From Lentisphaeria bacterium (GTDB lineage: Bacteria; Verrucomicrobiota; Lentisphaeria; Victivallales; Victivallaceae): DNA of 50,052 nt. The position numbers and the translations under genes are program-made. This document shows, piece after piece, positions 45,962-50,052 of the stretch. Each line of letters opens with the position of its first letter. Position 1 is the stretch's first letter. The notes beneath the pieces were generated by a model. The model was given only the letters and a program-made list of their open reading frames with translations. It did no database searches and was not told the DNA's origin. The stretch is taken from the NCBI GenBank assembly GCA_017505415.1, contig JAFVPG010000384.1:1-50052 (forward strand), in the 5' to 3' direction.

Positions 45962-48394
45962 ATGATGACAAAAAAATGCAAACATTTAGGAGCAGTATCA
46001 CGCTATGCGCTGCTGTTGATGATGGTCGCAGGGTATGGAGCATTCGCTGAAGCTCCGGCAAATGCTTCCGCTAAAGACATGAAGATCAAGGAAATTATTG
46101 ATACCGAAGCTCAAGTACGAAACGAAATATTGAAAGATATTGATCTTCAGTGGAAAAATCTTGAAACACAGCTCAATGATAAGAAAAATTTGACTGAAAC
46201 AAAATTCAAAGAACTTTCAGACAACTGCGATGAATTGCTCAAACAGCTGAAAAGAATTCCGGGATTTGCTGCAAAAGATAAATACGAAAAACTCAGTGAC
46301 TTCCGTGAAAAAATCCGTAGCAAATATATAAAACATGTCATGAAAATAGCTGACAAACTTTTCAGTGAAGGTGCTTATGACCTTGCAAAAGGCAAATGCT
46401 CTGAAATCCTTGCTATTGATAAAGTTAACGGTCCGGAAATTATTGCACCCTTTATCGAAAAGTGCCAAAAGGCAGAAGAAAGTGCAAAATATCGTGACAG
46501 CATCAATATGAAAAAATTTAATCCTTCTTATGAAAAAGATCTCCAATCCATAGATGAATTGATGCGCAAAGCTCAAACCTATTATAAGAACGGCAAATAC
46601 AATGAAGCATTGAATATCCTTGAAAATATTTATCTCATTGATCCTTTCAATGTCCGCGCCACCACATTGCTTGACAAAACTTACGGCAAAATCTACAGTA
46701 TGGCAAGAGCCCGTCACCGTGTAACTTCCCAGGAAATGCTCGCGCAAGATGAATGGATCTGGATCATGCCGGTCAAAAACAGCGGCAGTACAAAAAGTTC
46801 CGTCAGCCGCGATCCGGAAGTGAAATTCGCAAAAAATGCGATCGAAGCAAAAATGGAAAAAATCGTTTTCAATAAATTTGAAGCTCCCGGACTTGACATC
46901 AAAAGTATTTTGAACGACCTTGCAAAACGCAGTAAAACTAACGATACAGTCGACGGAACCGGTATTTCCATCATTCCGCAATTCGATGCAAAAGATCTGA
47001 ATGAAAAAAAATTCAAAAAAATCCACATGCGTTTTTCAAATATCCCGCTCAGCGATATTCTGCGTTATCTCTGTTTGAACCTCGGAATTAAATACAAAGT
47101 AAATCCGCAGGGTGAAGTTGTCGTCGGTACTTCTATTGACGATGTGGTTTCCGAACCGCGTTATTTCTCTATCCGTGACGAACTGGCACAGGATATTCTG
47201 AGTGGTGACGGCGGCGACGACAGTGCTGCTGTTTCAACCGAAGATGCAGAAGATTCAACGGGAGACGGAGAAGAATCCAATGCTGCACAGTCAGCAAACA
47301 GAACAAACTCTGCTGATGAACAGAAGATGAAAAAATATTTTGAGGCACGCGGTGTCGAATTTCCAGCCAAAAGCTCCATCACCTACAATCGTAAAACACA
47401 TAAATTAAGCGTAAAAAATACTGAAGAAAACCTGCGCAAATTCGATGATCTGCTCCGTCAGATACAGTCCATTGAAGTTCCAATGATCATGACAGAAGTC
47501 AAATTCATTGAAATTGCAGAAGAGGATTTCAACCAGCTCGGTTTTGACTGGAACTTCTCTATTTCCGATGCCGGACGCAAAAACGGTTTGTGGAACTTCT
47601 CTGTGTCAAGTAACTTCATCTCTCAGGAAGAAGCCAATGACAGACCTTCCGCATTTATCCAAAACCTCAATCTGCTGCCGAACTTTGATTCTGAATGGGG
47701 CGGTTTGAAACCCTCTCTCAATGTTACTGTTCACGCTCTCAGCCAGAACGACAGAGTGGAAGTCCTTACAGCTCCCAGACTCATCTCCAAAAACGGTAGC
47801 GAAGCCTCTATCAAGATGATAACTGAAACACGTTATCCCGATTCATGGGAAGCTCCCGAACTGGAAACTGAAAGTGACAATATTTCATCTGTATCTTTCC
47901 CTGTTCCTGAACTCGGCGATCCCGAACCTGTCGGTATCACCCTCAAAGTAACTCCAAACGTCAGCGGTAATATTATCACCCTCGACCTGCATCCTGAAAT
48001 CATTACCTTCCTCGGAAGCGGTAATTCTTCTTACCCAGTCTCCGTTCAACAGGGTATCAGGGACAGTTCCGGCGCATTGGTCCCCACAATGATGAATGAA
48101 GTATTCAATGTCTGGATGCCGGAAATGGGCGTCCGCCGCATTGATGCAAAAGTAAAAGTTGAAGACGGCGAAACTATTGTTCTCGGCGGTATTATCAATA
48201 ACTCCATTGAACGCAGAGAAGAAAAAATGCCGTTACTCGGCAGTATTCCTCTTTTCGGTCGTCTTTTCCAGAACCGTACCGAAGAATCATCCAAAACAAA
48301 TCTGTTGATTTTCGTTACTGCACGTTTGATAAACAGCGACGGTCGTCTTGTTAATCAGGCAACTGATAACGGAACACCGCATTTTAATTTCTAA
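45962..48394 (+). CDS. Secretin (type IV pilus / T2SS outer-membrane channel), paralog 1
   Basis: 810 aa. Signal peptide, helical N-terminal region, and an acidic insert (SGDGGDDSAAVSTEDAEDSTGDGEES). Secretin core from VPMIMTEVKFIEIAEEDFNQLGFDW to IVLGGII...MPLLGSIPLFGRLFQ...SKTNLLIFVTARLI. Confidence 0.85.
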   Translation: MMTKKCKHLGAVSRYALLLMMVAGYGAFAEAPANASAKDMKIKEIIDTEAQVRNEILKDIDLQWKNLETQLNDKKNLTETKFKELSDNCDELLKQLKRIPGFAAKDKYEKLSDFREKIRSKYIKHVMKIADKLFSEGAYDLAKGKCSEILAIDKVNGPEIIAPFIEKCQKAEESAKYRDSINMKKFNPSYEKDLQSIDELMRKAQTYYKNGKYNEALNILENIYLIDPFNVRATTLLDKTYGKIYSMARARHRVTSQEMLAQDEWIWIMPVKNSGSTKSSVSRDPEVKFAKNAIEAKMEKIVFNKFEAPGLDIKSILNDLAKRSKTNDTVDGTGISIIPQFDAKDLNEKKFKKIHMRFSNIPLSDILRYLCLNLGIKYKVNPQGEVVVGTSIDDVVSEPRYFSIRDELAQDILSGDGGDDSAAVSTEDAEDSTGDGEESNAAQSANRTNSADEQKMKKYFEARGVEFPAKSSITYNRKTHKLSVKNTEENLRKFDDLLRQIQSIEVPMIMTEVKFIEIAEEDFNQLGFDWNFSISDAGRKNGLWNFSVSSNFISQEEANDRPSAFIQNLNLLPNFDSEWGGLKPSLNVTVHALSQNDRVEVLTAPRLISKNGSEASIKMITETRYPDSWEAPELETESDNISSVSFPVPELGDPEPVGITLKVTPNVSGNIITLDLHPEIITFLGSGNSSYPVSVQQGIRDSSGALVPTMMNEVFNVWMPEMGVRRIDAKVKVEDGETIVLGGIINNSIERREEKMPLLGSIPLFGRLFQNRTEESSKTNLLIFVTARLINSDGRLVNQATDNGTPHFNF

Positions 48395-48411
48395 TGAAGG
48401 AGCAATGAACT

Positions 48412-50052
48412 ATGTTTAATAAAGATAAAGTTATCGGTGGTGCATTTCTCCTCGGCATTTGTTCAGCTGCGCTCATGGCAGTCGAAACTCCTTCTGAAGC
48501 CGTTATGGCAAAAGATAAGTTTTCTCCTGATATGCGTTACAGTGTCAGCCGTCATACCGTGGGGTTTTTGAAAAAAGAAAATGATGCAAAAAAGAGAGTT
48601 GCAGAGGCAAATCAATTATTTTTGCAGGAACGTTACAAAGAAGCCTGCGCAATCTATATTGATGCCAAAAAACTTCTGAATGAACTCAATAAATCATCTA
48701 TCGAAAAATCATTTCAAGACAAAATAGCCGAATGTGACCGCCAGATAGAATTGTGCTACTACGAAATGGCCAATCAGGCTCTCGCAAAAGCTGATGCAAG
48801 TATTGCCGTCAACGATTATGATGAAGCTATTCGCTTGTGCCGTGAAGCCGCAGAAAAATATCCCGCATGCAAACCCGTGATGGATAAAAAAATTGCCCGC
48901 TATACAGAAATCCGCAAAACTGTGGCAATCCAGAACGATACCTCTGAAAACGCACTGCTGCCGGAAAAAGGACTTGAAGATTACGAAATTTCCGTAATGC
49001 TGCGCCGCGCACGCGCCCTCGTCAACGCAGGCTTGTATGACAAGGCAAAAAAAGTTTATAATGATATTTTGCTCAAAAATCCTTACCGTTCCGATGTATT
49101 ACAGGATTTGCGCGCAGTAAATGCTTATATACGCAAGAGCGGTCAGAGACGTGTTTTGAGTTCACAACGTGCAGCTATCACTGCCAATGAACTTGAATGG
49201 GCTCTGCCGATTTACAGAGAAACTGAAAAAACTGTCGAAACCGTTGAAAAACCGGTTGAAAAAGTTGTTGTGGAATCAAATTCTCTTACAAAAAAACTCA
49301 AAGCAATCACCATCAAATCAATTGAATTTGAAGATGTTAAGCTGCGTACACTTTTGACCACTTTGATGGTTCTGGCAGAACGCAATGACCCCGAAGGTAT
49401 CGGTGTCAATATCTTCCTGCGCCAAAATCTTGATGCTCAGAGCGAAGGCGGAGAAGCTGCTGCTGCTGAAAATACAGCCAATCAAAATGAGCAAAAAACT
49501 GAAAACAATGATGCCGAAAACGAAAATGAAGAAAATGAAGATGAGGAAGAAAACGAAGATGAATCTTCTGAAGAAGAAGATGAGTCAAGCTGGACTGAAC
49601 TTGAAAAAACAGTTCTCCCTCTGACCACAATGAATAATAAATCTCTCGAAGATATTATCCGTGCAATCTGTACAAGTGCCAAACTGCGTTACCGTGTTGA
49701 AAAATACGCAGTCGTCATCGAACCGCTTGACATGCCGCAGTCAGATATGATCACCAGAATATTCCCGGTCGACGCCAGTAATATCGGTGATGCCACCGGC
49801 AAAGAAGATTTGCAGCGTCTTTTTGACGGTGTAACCTTCCCCGTCGGTTCCAATATCGTTTATGATGCAAAACTCGGCCGCATTTTCGTAACCAATACCC
49901 CTGACAATCTCAAACGTATTGAAGAAATTTGCGAAGAAACCCTGAATATTCAGGAACCAATGGTCCAAGTTCAGCTCCGTATTATTGAAATAAGCCAGAA
50001 AGATTTGCACGCTCTCGGCTTCAATTATACTCTCAGAGACAACTCGACCACC
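48412..50052 (+). CDS. Secretin paralog 2 (3'-truncated by the window end)
   Basis: Not in the supplied track. I read an open frame from ATG 48412 (GGAG 9 nt upstream) to the window end, 547 codons. It has a signal peptide and a helical N-terminal region. An acidic insert (ENENEENEDEEENEDESSEEEDESS) is present, and the secretin core starts at MVQVQLRIIEISQKDLHALGFNY. Confidence 0.75.
   Translation, partial: MFNKDKVIGGAFLLGICSAALMAVETPSEAVMAKDKFSPDMRYSVSRHTVGFLKKENDAKKRVAEANQLFLQERYKEACAIYIDAKKLLNELNKSSIEKSFQDKIAECDRQIELCYYEMANQALAKADASIAVNDYDEAIRLCREAAEKYPACKPVMDKKIARYTEIRKTVAIQNDTSENALLPEKGLEDYEISVMLRRARALVNAGLYDKAKKVYNDILLKNPYRSDVLQDLRAVNAYIRKSGQRRVLSSQRAAITANELEWALPIYRETEKTVETVEKPVEKVVVESNSLTKKLKAITIKSIEFEDVKLRTLLTTLMVLAERNDPEGIGVNIFLRQNLDAQSEGGEAAAAENTANQNEQKTENNDAENENEENEDEEENEDESSEEEDESSWTELEKTVLPLTTMNNKSLEDIIRAICTSAKLRYRVEKYAVVIEPLDMPQSDMITRIFPVDASNIGDATGKEDLQRLFDGVTFPVGSNIVYDAKLGRIFVTNTPDNLKRIEEICEETLNIQEPMVQVQLRIIEISQKDLHALGFNYTLRDNSTT

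Noticed and set aside
44946-47026. Long minus-strand ORFs (294 aa at 44946-45830, 269 aa at 46217-47026) in the pilus cluster
   Set aside because: Phe/Ile-rich mirror translations of Lys/Glu/Asn-rich plus-strand genes. The plus-strand genes have RBSs, signal peptides and secretin motifs.
49430-49600. GAA/GAT-rich repetitive DNA that could be taken for a tandem repeat or CRISPR-like array
   Set aside because: It is in frame within secretin paralog 2 and encodes an acidic Glu/Asn/Asp tract. There is no repeat-spacer periodicity.

Overview
Gene-dense 50 kb stretch of a bacterial chromosome with AT-rich intergenic regions. I saw no rRNA, tRNA or CRISPR. Most of the window is core metabolism and envelope biogenesis. 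This includes nif3-pdxB, pyrF, an alpha-glucan phosphorylase and a complete rnfABCDGE operon translationally coupled to murG. It also includes pal, a methyl-cycle cluster (metK, PfkB/adenosine kinase, ahcY, metX, metW), an isolated ftsQ, purA, a SEDS (RodA/FtsW) gene and secG. Four regions are not ordinary. (1) 211-4068: a six-gene minus-strand phage-like cassette (tail-fibre/receptor-binding genes plus a small lysis-like trio), bounded by a strong terminator and abutting core genes. (2) 29225-36366: a six-gene Hyf/Hyc-type, complex-I-like membrane operon. Its large subunit has lost 3 of the 4 [NiFe] cysteine ligands and the C-terminal maturation peptide, so it is probably not a hydrogenase (Ehr-like). 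(3) 29011-29173: a roughly 163-nt rod-like inverted repeat just upstream of that operon, a candidate structured RNA. (4) 40616-50052: a type IV pilus-like cluster whose order and architecture recall the poorly understood Akkermansia Amuc_1102-1098 locus. It has a PilM-PilN fusion, two TM-anchored unknowns (one with a Zn-ribbon and DxDxDG motifs) and two tandem secretin paralogs with acidic inserts. The gene content (LamG-type secreted proteins, the Amuc-like pilus locus, scattered dcw genes) suggests an anaerobic PVC-superphylum organism. That is inference only. All family calls come from motifs read in the supplied translations, and no searches were run.
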